From positions 1 to 6,970 of the IMG/VR virus record IMGVR_UViG_2547132415_000017: a stretch of DNA of 6,970 bases, one strand, 5' to 3'. The notes below the pieces were generated by a model, which did no database searches, was not told the origin of the DNA, and saw nothing but the letters and a program-made list of their open reading frames with translations. Of the stretch, positions 1 through 6,878 are shown piece by piece. Positions within the stretch are counted from its first letter, which is position 1. The number at the start of each line of letters is the position of its first letter. Origin of the DNA: a virus. Lineage: Duplodnaviria > Heunggongvirae > Uroviricota > Caudoviricetes. Both the position numbers and the translations under genes were made by a program.

Positions 1-1
1 G

Positions 2-2503
2 GTGGCGCGTAACGCGTCCGCGGTGGCACAGAACACGGCAGCCGCGAAGAAGTCAGCCGGCGATGCCAGCACATCAGCCCGTGAGGCGGCAACCCATGCG
101 ACTGATGCTGCAGGCTCAGCACGCGCAGCCAGCACGTCAGCCGGACAGGCCGCGTCGTCGGCTCAGTCAGCGTCTTCCAGCGCAGGAACGGCATCAGCAA
201 AGGCCACTGAAGCATCAAAAAGTGCTGCCGCTGCAGAGTCCTCAAAAAGCGCGGCGGCCACCAGTGCCGGTGCCGCGAAAACGTCTGAAACGAATGCTGC
301 AGCGTCACAACAATCAGCAGCCACTTCTGCATCCACCGCGACCACGAAAGCGTCAGAAGCTGCCACCTCAGCCCGGGATGCGTCGGCTTCAAAAGAGGCG
401 GCAAAATCATCAGAAACGAACGCATCATCAAGCGCCAGCAGCGCAGCTTCCTCGGCAACGGCGGCAGCAAATTCTGCGAAGGCGGCAAAAACGTCCGAGA
501 CGAACGTTAAGTCTTCTGAAACGGCAGCGGGACAGAGTGCCTCAGCTGCGGCAGGCTCAAAAACAGCGGCTGCATCATCTGCCAGTGCCGCGTCAACAAG
601 TGCCGGGCAGGCCTCAGCCAGTGCCACTGCCGCCGGAAAATCGGCAGAAAGCGCTGCATTGTCCGCTTCAACAGCCACAACGAAGGCTGGCGAAGCCGCT
701 GAACAGGCCAGCGCAGCAGCGAGGTCAGCTTCCGCAGCGAAGACATCCGAAACGAACGCGAAAGCGTCGGAAACCAGCGCAGAATCCTCAAAAACGGCTG
801 CCGCATCGTCAGCCAGTTCGGCGTCGTCATCGGCCTCATCGGCGTCTGCTTCAAAAGATGAGGCGACCAGACAAGCGTCAGCAGCGAAGGGCAGCGCCAC
901 GACGGCATCCACGAAGGCAACAGAGGCTGCTGGCAGTGCGACGGCGGCATCTCAGAGCAAAGTTGCTGCTGAATCCGCGGCAACGCGTGCCGAAACAGCG
1001 GCAAAACGGGCAGAGGATATTGCTGATGCCGTATCTCTGGAAGATGCGAGTACGACGAAAAAAGGTGTGGTTCAGCTCAGTAGCGCCACTAACAGCCCGT
1101 CTGAAACGCTGGCTGCGACACCAAAAGCGGTTAAGGCGGTAATGGATGAAACGAACAAGAAAGCGCCCTTAAATAGTCCTGCACTGACCGGAACGCCAAC
1201 AACGCCAACTGCGCCAAAAGGTACTAATAATACTCAGATCGCAAGTACGGCTTATGTGATGGCCGCGATTGCCGCCCTTGTAGACTCGTCGCCTGACGCA
1301 CTGAATACGCTGAACGAGTTAGCGGCGGCGCTGGGCAACGACCCGAATTTTGCGACCACCATGACTAACGCGCTTGCGGGTAAGCAACCGAAAGATGCCA
1401 CCCTGACGGCGCTGGCCGGGCTTGCTACTGCGGCAGACAGGTTTCCGTATTTTACGGGGAATGATGTCGCCAGCCTGGCAACCCTGACAAAAGTCGGGCG
1501 GGATATTCTTGCGAAATCGACCGTTGCTGCCGTTATCGAATACCTCGGTTTACAGGAAACGGTAAATCAGGCTTCTGGCGCATTACAGAAAAACCAGAAC
1601 GGCGCAGATATTCCGGGAAAAGATACCTTCACCAAAAACATTGGTGCCTGCCGCGCATATAGCGCATGGCTGAATATTGGTGGCGATAGTCAGGTCTGGA
1701 CAACTGCGCAATTTATTTCGTGGCTGGAGAGTCAGGGGGCATTTAACCATCCTTACTGGATGTGCAAAGGCTCATGGGCTTATGCAAATAATAAGGTTAT
1801 TACAGATACAGGTTGCGGAAATATTTGTCTTGCAGGTGCTGTGGTGGAAGTTATTGGCACTCGCGGCGCAATGACCATACGCGTTACTACGCCGAGCACG
1901 TCCAGCGGTGGCGGAATTACTAACGCTCAATTCACTTATATTAATCATGGTGATGCTTACGCTCCTGGCTGGCGACGAGACTACAACACGAAAAACCAGC
2001 AGCCTGCATTTGCTTTAGGGCAAACAGGACGCAGGGTCGCAAATGATAAAGCTGTTGGCTGGAACTGGAATAGCGGTGTTTATGATGCAGATATCAGTGG
2101 TGCATCGACATTAATCCTCCACTTCAATATGAATGCGGGGAGTTGCCCTGCTGTACAGTTCCGCGTGAATTACAGGAACGGCGGTATTTTTTATCGTTCA
2201 GCGCGTGATGGTTATGGCTTTGAAGCTAACTGGTCAGAGTTTTACACCACAACACGCAAACCCTCTGCGGGGGATGTTGGTGCATATACGCAGGCAGAAT
2301 GTAACTCAAGGTTTATTACAGGTATTCGCCTTGGCGGTCTGTCATCTGTTCAGACATGGAAAGGCCCCGGCTGGTCTGACAGGTCAGGTTATGTCGTTAC
2401 GGGTTCAGTTAACGGAAACCGTGATGAATTAATTGATACAACTCAGGCAAGGCCAATTCAGTATTGCATTAATGGGACGTGGTATAACGCGGGGAGTATT
2501 TAA
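2..2503 (+). CDS. Phage side tail-fibre protein (Stf-like), 5'-partial; constant part 2..~1545, variable receptor-binding C-terminal cassette ~1546..2503
   Basis: ORF open from the window edge (833 codons). The N-terminal ~330 aa are Ala/Ser/Thr-rich with a recurring AAK(T/S)SETNA motif. A fibre-type segment follows (KKGVVQLSSATNSPSETLAATPKAVKAV...). The C-terminus ...RPIQYCINGTWYNAGSI parallels the C-terminus of the opposite-strand cassette (...FRPIQKYINGTWYNVVQV). The ORF crosses the left crossover site in frame (VIEYLGLQETVN). Stop TAA at 2501-2503. Confidence 0.9.
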   Translation: MARNASAVAQNTAAAKKSAGDASTSAREAATHATDAAGSARAASTSAGQAASSAQSASSSAGTASAKATEASKSAAAAESSKSAAATSAGAAKTSETNAAASQQSAATSASTATTKASEAATSARDASASKEAAKSSETNASSSASSAASSATAAANSAKAAKTSETNVKSSETAAGQSASAAAGSKTAAASSASAASTSAGQASASATAAGKSAESAALSASTATTKAGEAAEQASAAARSASAAKTSETNAKASETSAESSKTAAASSASSASSSASSASASKDEATRQASAAKGSATTASTKATEAAGSATAASQSKVAAESAATRAETAAKRAEDIADAVSLEDASTTKKGVVQLSSATNSPSETLAATPKAVKAVMDETNKKAPLNSPALTGTPTTPTAPKGTNNTQIASTAYVMAAIAALVDSSPDALNTLNELAAALGNDPNFATTMTNALAGKQPKDATLTALAGLATAADRFPYFTGNDVASLATLTKVGRDILAKSTVAAVIEYLGLQETVNQASGALQKNQNGADIPGKDTFTKNIGACRAYSAWLNIGGDSQVWTTAQFISWLESQGAFNHPYWMCKGSWAYANNKVITDTGCGNICLAGAVVEVIGTRGAMTIRVTTPSTSSGGGITNAQFTYINHGDAYAPGWRRDYNTKNQQPAFALGQTGRRVANDKAVGWNWNSGVYDADISGASTLILHFNMNAGSCPAVQFRVNYRNGGIFYRSARDGYGFEANWSEFYTTTRKPSAGDVGAYTQAECNSRFITGIRLGGLSSVQTWKGPGWSDRSGYVVTGSVNGNRDELIDTTQARPIQYCINGTWYNAGSI
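1533..1566. repeat. Left inversion crossover site (gix/pix/hix-like), embedded in frame in the tail-fibre ORF
   Basis: ttatcgaatacctcggtttacaggaaacggtaaa; its reverse complement matches 4578-4611 at 32 of 34 positions. The 26-bp core TTATCGAATACCTCGGTTTACAGGAA resembles serine-invertase crossover sites as I recall them. Central dinucleotide TC here versus GA at the right site. Confidence 0.85.
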
Positions 2504-2505
2504 CG

Positions 2506-3039
2506 ATGATGCACTTAAAAAACATTACTGCTGGCAACCCTAAAACAAAAGAGCAATACCAGCTAACAAAGCAATTTAACATCAAATGGCTTTATTCAGA
2601 TGATGGAAAAAACTGGTATGAGGAACAAAAGAATTTCCAGCTAGACACTTTGAAAATGGTCTATGACCATAACGGCGTTATTATTTGTATTGAAAAGGAT
2701 GTTTCAGCAATTAATCCAGAGGGTGCAAGCGTCGTTGAATTACCTGATATTACAGCAAATCGCCGGGCTGATATTTCGGGGAAATGGATGTTCAAAGATG
2801 GCGTAGTGATAAAGCGAACTTATACCGAGGAAGAGCAGAGGCAACAAGCGGAAAATGAAAAGCAAAGCCTGTTGCAACTTGTCAGGGATAAAACCCAGCT
2901 ATGGGACTCACAGCTACGGCTGGGCATCATTTCCGACGAGAATAAACAAAAATTAACCGAGTGGATGCTCTATGCGCAGAAAGTCGAATCTACAGACACT
3001 TCCGGCCTGCCAGTAACGTTTCCCGAACAACCAGAATGA
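2506..3039 (+). CDS. Tail-fibre assembly protein (Tfa family), cognate to the expressed fibre cassette
   Basis: 177-aa ORF with ATG 2 nt after the fibre stop (TAACGATG) and GGGGAG 9-14 nt upstream. The N-terminal ~110 aa are closely similar to the opposite-strand paralogue ([22 protein letters not shown]...DGKNWYEE...PDITANR...SGKWMF), with divergent C-termini. Stop TGA at 3037-3039. Confidence 0.88.
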   Translation: MMHLKNITAGNPKTKEQYQLTKQFNIKWLYSDDGKNWYEEQKNFQLDTLKMVYDHNGVIICIEKDVSAINPEGASVVELPDITANRRADISGKWMFKDGVVIKRTYTEEEQRQQAENEKQSLLQLVRDKTQLWDSQLRLGIISDENKQKLTEWMLYAQKVESTDTSGLPVTFPEQPE

Positions 3040-3043
3040 GAGA

Positions 3044-3061
3044 AGGCCCGCTATCGGGCCT
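3044..3061. terminator. Bidirectional hairpin between the convergent tail-fibre assembly genes
   Basis: AGGCCCG-ctat-CGGGCCT (7-bp GC-rich stem, 4-nt loop), followed by TTAATTTTT on the plus strand and flanked by T-rich sequence on the minus strand. Sits in the 28-bp gap between the stops of the two Tfa genes. Confidence 0.6.
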
Positions 3062-3067
3062 TAATTT

Positions 3068-3595
3068 TTACTCTGGTTTTTGTGGCCATTCAGGATTTGC
3101 CGTATCCACACGGCTGACCAGAACACTGTAGCGTTCCCATGCTTCCAGTCGTGTGCGTTCCTCGTCTGTTGCCATATTCAGCCTGACAGCGCGTTCCAGC
3201 GGTTGGATGACTGATTCAGCTTCGGAAAGCAATGCGGCCTTTTGTGATTCGGCCTGTTGTTGTTGCTCGTCTGCCGTATAAATCCGTTTAACCACAGCTC
3301 CGTCCCTAAACATCCACTTACCGGAATCATCAGCGCAGCGGTTGGCTGTAATATCTGGAACCTCAACGACGCTATAACCTTCAGGGTTAAGCGTGGAGGC
3401 ATCTTTGGTGATGGCGACAATAATATTATTTGCATCGTAAACAATCTTTATTGTGTCTGGCTGAAAGTTTTTCACTTCCTCATACCAGTTTTTTCCGTCT
3501 TCGGACCATAACCAGATAACATCAAAATTCTTTGTTAGCTGATATTGTTCTTTTGTTTTTGGATTTCCAGACTTAATATTTTTTAAATGCTGCAT
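3068..3595 (-). CDS. Tail-fibre assembly protein (Tfa family), alternative copy for the silent cassette
   Basis: 175-aa ORF on the minus strand, paralogous to 2506..3039. Its ATG lies 3 nt after the stop of the upstream minus-strand fibre cassette, mirroring the plus-strand arrangement. Confidence 0.88.
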   Translation of the reverse strand: MQHLKNIKSGNPKTKEQYQLTKNFDVIWLWSEDGKNWYEEVKNFQPDTIKIVYDANNIIVAITKDASTLNPEGYSVVEVPDITANRCADDSGKWMFRDGAVVKRIYTADEQQQQAESQKAALLSEAESVIQPLERAVRLNMATDEERTRLEAWERYSVLVSRVDTANPEWPQKPE

Positions 3596-3598
3596 AAA

Positions 3599-4603
3599 TT
3601 ACACCTGTACGACGTTATACCATGTGCCATTGATGTATTTTTGTATTGGTCTGAATACTGCCGGATCATCGCCATCAACTGCACCGATAATGCCAAGCCC
3701 CGTAATTGCATGACCTGATTTCTCATACATCACGCCTTTTTGCATAGTCTGAACAACACGTGTACCAAGTCGGACATCTCTCACATAACGTGAGTCAAAA
3801 TTACCATAATTGCCGGGAATAACTTGCGCACCGCAAAGCCAGTTGCCATTGTTGTCCATGTACGCCTGACCATCGGTGCCATTGGCTGTCCTTGAGTTAT
3901 TAATCATGTAGATGCCAAATTGCTTATTCCCCAGTCCACCAATCATAAATTTGCGATCAGCGTGGTCCTGACGAAGTAATGCCTGCGCACCATCGGTGGA
4001 TACCGCATTGCGTCCCAAAATAACATTCTGGTCACGCATATGAATCCACATGCCGGTACTACTGTTAATTGCAAAACGGTTTGCAAATATATCCCCTGTA
4101 ACATCAAGACCATGCCCCATGCTTATCCGACCAGTTCTGAGATTAAGCGTAAAGGGGCGTAGTGGCCCTATATCACCATTTTCTCCCTCATTCTCTCGTG
4201 TAGGGATGATATGCAGGCATTCTTCAGAACGACGAAAAATAGCACCAAAAGATGAATTAAATATCCTCAGTGCATTGACTGTCGATATTTTTACTTCACT
4301 GCTGAAAAGGGCTTTAACAAGGACAGACAAAGCATCCCATTTAAGAGTCATCAGGTCTTTTGTTGTGGTGCTCTGGCGGCTTCTCCATTTGAAATATTCA
4401 TTGCCGTTGTCGCCTGTTTCAAACCACATGTATGAATCAGTGTCGCTGTCGGCATTATTTTTAAAACCAATCTTTGCCCAGTCAGTATTTCTAATCCAGG
4501 CAAGGATTGAGTCGTTTTCAAAAGTAAGCCCACCGGACAAGGTATCGCCATTCTTTTGCACGGCGTTCCTGGCCCTGTTTACCGTTTCCTGTAAACCGAG
4601 GTT
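3599..4603 (-). CDS. Silent alternative tail-fibre C-terminal cassette (Sv'-like); no own start or promoter, expressed only after inversion fuses it to the constant fibre region
   Basis: Minus-strand frame is open for about 334 codons from directly after an in-frame TAA (4604-4606) through the right crossover site (N-LGLQETVN-RARNAVQKNGDTLSGG...) to a stop at 3599-3601. The early sequence parallels the plus cassette (QETVNQASGALQKNQNG...). The C-terminus ...FRPIQKYINGTWYNVVQV parallels ...RPIQYCINGTWYNAGSI. The M at 4561 in the ORF track is a GTG and is probably not a real start. Confidence 0.8.
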   Translation of the reverse strand, partial: NLGLQETVNRARNAVQKNGDTLSGGLTFENDSILAWIRNTDWAKIGFKNNADSDTDSYMWFETGDNGNEYFKWRSRQSTTTKDLMTLKWDALSVLVKALFSSEVKISTVNALRIFNSSFGAIFRRSEECLHIIPTRENEGENGDIGPLRPFTLNLRTGRISMGHGLDVTGDIFANRFAINSSTGMWIHMRDQNVILGRNAVSTDGAQALLRQDHADRKFMIGGLGNKQFGIYMINNSRTANGTDGQAYMDNNGNWLCGAQVIPGNYGNFDSRYVRDVRLGTRVVQTMQKGVMYEKSGHAITGLGIIGAVDGDDPAVFRPIQKYINGTWYNVVQV

Positions 4604-4611
4604 TTAGATAA
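4578..4611. repeat. Right inversion crossover site (gix/pix/hix-like)
   Basis: tttaccgtttcctgtaaaccgaggttttagataa; core TTCCTGTAAACCGAGGTTTTAGATAA. Inverted copy of 1533-1566 with 2 mismatches. Lies about 55 bp upstream of the invertase start. Confidence 0.85.
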
Positions 4612-4665
4612 TGGCGGTTTCTGGCCTGCATGGCATGATTTGTGCTTTTGGACGGGAGATTCAGC

Positions 4666-4860
4666 GTGCTGATTGGCTATGTAAGGGTATCAACAAATGA
4701 CCAGAATACAGACCTGCAACGAAACGCTCTTGTTTGTGCAGGATGTGAACAAATATTTGAAGATAAATTAAGCGGAATAAGGACAGGCCGACCTGGATTA
4801 AAACGTGCTTTAAAGCGCCTTCAAAAAGGTGACGCACTGGTTGTCTGGAAACTGGACTGA
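4666..4860 (+). pseudogene. pin: Serine DNA invertase (Pin/Gin/Cin/Hin family), truncated: 64 intact N-terminal codons then TGA; a degenerate 3' remainder continues to about 4995
   Basis: GTG at 4666 preceded by GGGAGA (4654-4659). Product VLIGYVRVSTNDQNTDLQRNALVCAGCEQIFEDKLSGIRTGRPGLKRALKRLQKGDALVVWKLD matches the conserved invertase N-terminus, including the catalytic-serine motif YVRVSTNDQ. Stop TGA at 4858-4860 sits where intact invertases have Arg (WKLD-RLGRS...). The next in-frame codons ([12 protein letters not shown]) still weakly resemble LGRSMKHLISLV, after which no frame resembles an invertase. A full-length gene of about 190 codons would not fit before the convergent gene ending at 5066. 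Confidence 0.8.
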
Positions 4861-5003
4861 CTGGGTCACTGTATGCGGCATCTTGTCGTGCTGGTGGTGG
4901 AAGCCTGGAAGAAGTATCGGGTGTTGCTGAACCGTGTTAATACAACAACTGCACCGGATATTGAATGGCCAACAGGACCCATTATCGAATAGTGCATTAC
5001 GAA

Positions 5004-5036
5004 CTGCAGGATATTATATGGGATAATATTCTGCAG
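5004..5036. terminator. AT-rich palindromic hairpin between the invertase remnant and the 3' end of the GGDEF gene (possible bidirectional terminator)
   Basis: ctgcagGatattat-atggg-ataatattctgcag: 14-bp stem with one mismatch and a 5-nt loop, followed by TTTATTGGGGCTGTATTTT on the plus strand. Confidence 0.4.
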
Positions 5037-5065
5037 TTTATTGGGGCTGTATTTTAAAAAGGTGT

Positions 5066-6397
5066 TTATTTTGAGTGAGTTATCACCTTGTTTTTTCCGG
5101 TTCTTTTGGCTTGATATAACGCTTTATCGGCATTGACTAACATTTCAGATGGACTGAGATTATTCTCTTTTGAAGTAAAGCAACCAATACTGACAGTTAT
5201 TTTCTCAGGTCCATGCGATAATAATTTTTCCGAGCATTGCTCTTCAATGTTTTTTCTGATTCGCTCTGCAATTGATAGCAAGAGCTTTTGAGTATTACCT
5301 TTAATGATAATACCGAACTCCTCACCGCCTAAGCGCCCTAATATATCCTCTTTCCTGATGGATTTTTTTATTATTCTGGTAACCATTACTATGACTTGAT
5401 CACCCATATGATGCCCCCATTTGTCATTGATGCTTTTGAAATTGTCAATATCTAACATTATTACTGAGAAATCATGGTGTTTTGATATATTCTTCAATGA
5501 GTCAATAAAGTATCTTCTATTGTATGTATTCGTTAGTGGATCATGAATTGCCATATGATTAGCATGATTTAATTTCCTGAAAACATAATACATGAGTGTT
5601 GAAATGATATAAATCATTGATATCAATTCAAGAAATTTTGTCATGTACCATGCAGGATGGGATTTATCAATAAAATACAATAAAATTAGATTATTGCATA
5701 CTGACACTATACTAATAAGTATTATACACAACCATATTTTTGAGTAATTACGTATGCTGATGCATGAGCTGATAAGTAATACAAGCCAAAATACTGATAT
5801 TATTTTGGTGTACACGATATTCCACGTCGGCAAATGACGATTCAGCGAGTATTGTATAATATTAAGACTATATTTTATATTGTCACTGCTTAGATTTTTT
5901 GCTACAAACGGAGTAATAAAAAGAATTAATATTGACAAAACAACAATTATTATGTTTCTTTTATCTTCTAAAACACTTTTGTTTTTAACATTGGTGGAAT
6001 AAACAGCCAGAAAGATTATAGATATAAAGCTGAACTGACGGAATAGATAATATATTGCGATATCATTTGATTTCTGATAGATTGTAGATAAATCGTTACC
6101 TAACGGAGATAAAGAAATAATAGCCACTTCTAATAAATAATACGTGTTGCTCAAAAACGCGAATGAAAGAATTAAGAGATAACTTTGTCTCTGATTAGAA
6201 ACATAGTAAAGCAATAGAAAAATAAAAATCATCAGGTTTATGAAAAAAAGCCCAATAATGAAAACACTATAACTTATTTGTGTTGTTTGTGTTATGTATA
6301 TTCCATTATTTGCATGCAGTAACAAAAATATAATAGAGATGCATGAAAATAAAAAGATGAAGATTTTTATTTTTATAGGTACCTGGTTGATAATCAT
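5066..6397 (-). CDS. Membrane-anchored GGDEF-domain diguanylate cyclase: about 8 predicted TM helices (MASE-type sensor region, possibly YcdT/DgcT-like) plus a C-terminal GGDEF domain
   Basis: 443-aa ORF. The N-terminal ~275 aa are strongly hydrophobic, with about 8 stretches of 19-25 residues. The C-terminal domain has canonical GGDEF-domain motifs: DPLTNTYNRRYF, IMLDIDNFKSINDKWGHHMGDQVI, and RLGGEEFGII (GGEEF encoded at 5315-5329). An RxxD motif (RKED) sits 5 residues upstream of GGEEF. Also ADKALYQAKRTGKNKV. ATG at 6397-6395 with AGGTG 7-11 nt upstream. Very AT-rich. Family assignment of the N-terminal domain is from architecture only and is unverified. Confidence 0.88.
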   Translation of the reverse strand: MIINQVPIKIKIFIFLFSCISIIFLLLHANNGIYITQTTQISYSVFIIGLFFINLMIFIFLLLYYVSNQRQSYLLILSFAFLSNTYYLLEVAIISLSPLGNDLSTIYQKSNDIAIYYLFRQFSFISIIFLAVYSTNVKNKSVLEDKRNIIIVVLSILILFITPFVAKNLSSDNIKYSLNIIQYSLNRHLPTWNIVYTKIISVFWLVLLISSCISIRNYSKIWLCIILISIVSVCNNLILLYFIDKSHPAWYMTKFLELISMIYIISTLMYYVFRKLNHANHMAIHDPLTNTYNRRYFIDSLKNISKHHDFSVIMLDIDNFKSINDKWGHHMGDQVIVMVTRIIKKSIRKEDILGRLGGEEFGIIIKGNTQKLLLSIAERIRKNIEEQCSEKLLSHGPEKITVSIGCFTSKENNLSPSEMLVNADKALYQAKRTGKNKVITHSK

Positions 6398-6655
6398 GTA
6401 CGCACCTGAGAATGATATATATATAATATGTATCGCTACAAATAACGATAATTTCTTACTGGTGATAGTATACTATTATTCTGGTTAATCGCTGTCAAAT
6501 TGATGATTTTGGTTAGTATTGCAATAGCGAAGAGTTTGATCCGGTAAGACTGGCTAGGCAAGGCTATACCAAAAAATCAGTGTAGGTTCAGAAAATGATG
6601 CACCATACAATCATCAATAATTTCAAATTGTCCATTGTGCATAAATCATAAAGAA

Positions 6656-6692
6656 AACCGCAGCACGTCGTATGCAAGAACGTGCTGCGGTT
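6656..6692 (-). terminator. Rho-independent-type terminator hairpin oriented for minus-strand transcription
   Basis: Perfect 12-bp stem aaccgcagcacg / cgtgctgcggtt (6656-6667 and 6681-6692) with a 13-nt loop. On the minus strand it is followed by TTTCTTTATGATTTAT; on the plus strand the following sequence is not T-rich. Confidence 0.5.
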
Positions 6693-6878
6693 GGCTGGTG
6701 AACTTTCGATAGTGCGAGTATTGAATGATTTCCAGCTGTTGCCGATTTTACTATGTTTTCAGTAGAACACTTAGACAAAACTGAGGCACACAAATCTTTG
6801 CACTGGATTGCAAGGCTTTGTGCTTCTCTGGAGTGCGACATGTTTGATAACAAAAAATTAGCGCAAGAAGACAAAAAT

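Larger units (their letters stand above)
1533..4611. other. Invertible DNA segment (Mu G / P1 C / e14 P-segment type) carrying two alternative tail-fibre C-terminal cassettes and two tail-fibre assembly genes
   Basis: Inverted repeats at both ends. Mirror-image gene order: Sv(+) Tfa(+) | Tfa'(-) Sv'(-). Both fibre cassettes begin with the same LGLQETVN codons encoded by the crossover site. An invertase remnant lies immediately outside the right repeat. Confidence 0.85.

Noticed and set aside
163-912. 249-aa Ala/Asp-rich minus-strand ORF, and the overlapping 507..1004 minus ORF
   Set aside because: Antisense-frame artefacts of the same GC-rich repeat region. No start context, low-complexity products.
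63-1142. 359-aa Arg/Pro/Gln-rich ORF on the plus strand
   Set aside because: Alternative frame of the GC-rich Ala/Ser repeat region of the fibre gene. Low-complexity product, wholly embedded in a well-supported CDS.
1677-2432. Short plus-strand ORFs 1677..1874 and 2205..2432
   Set aside because: Out-of-frame ORFs internal to the tail-fibre CDS with no independent support.
3178-3511. ORFs 3178..3444 (-) and 3257..3511 (+) inside the minus-strand Tfa gene
   Set aside because: Overlap a well-supported Tfa paralogue in other frames. Products have no recognisable features.
4050-4607. 185-aa plus-strand ORF, and 4351..4551 minus ORF
   Set aside because: Lie antisense or out of frame within the silent fibre cassette. 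The plus ORF simply runs through the cassette and the crossover site.
4642-4665. GTG at 4642 as the invertase start (as in the ORF track)
   Set aside because: The family N-terminus begins at the LIGYVRVS motif, and GTG 4666 has a GGGAGA Shine-Dalgarno 7 nt upstream. The extra 8 codons are probably not translated.
6294-6488. 64-aa plus-strand ORF overlapping the GGDEF start
   Set aside because: AT-rich antisense ORF overlapping the 5' end of the GGDEF CDS, with no convincing ribosome-binding site. Likely chance.
6623-6874. 83-aa minus-strand ORF next to IS2
   Set aside because: The frame reads straight through the 12-bp-stem hairpin and its T-tract, and the product is Cys/Ser-rich with no recognisable motifs. 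More likely non-coding. Kept only as a possible remnant in the findings.
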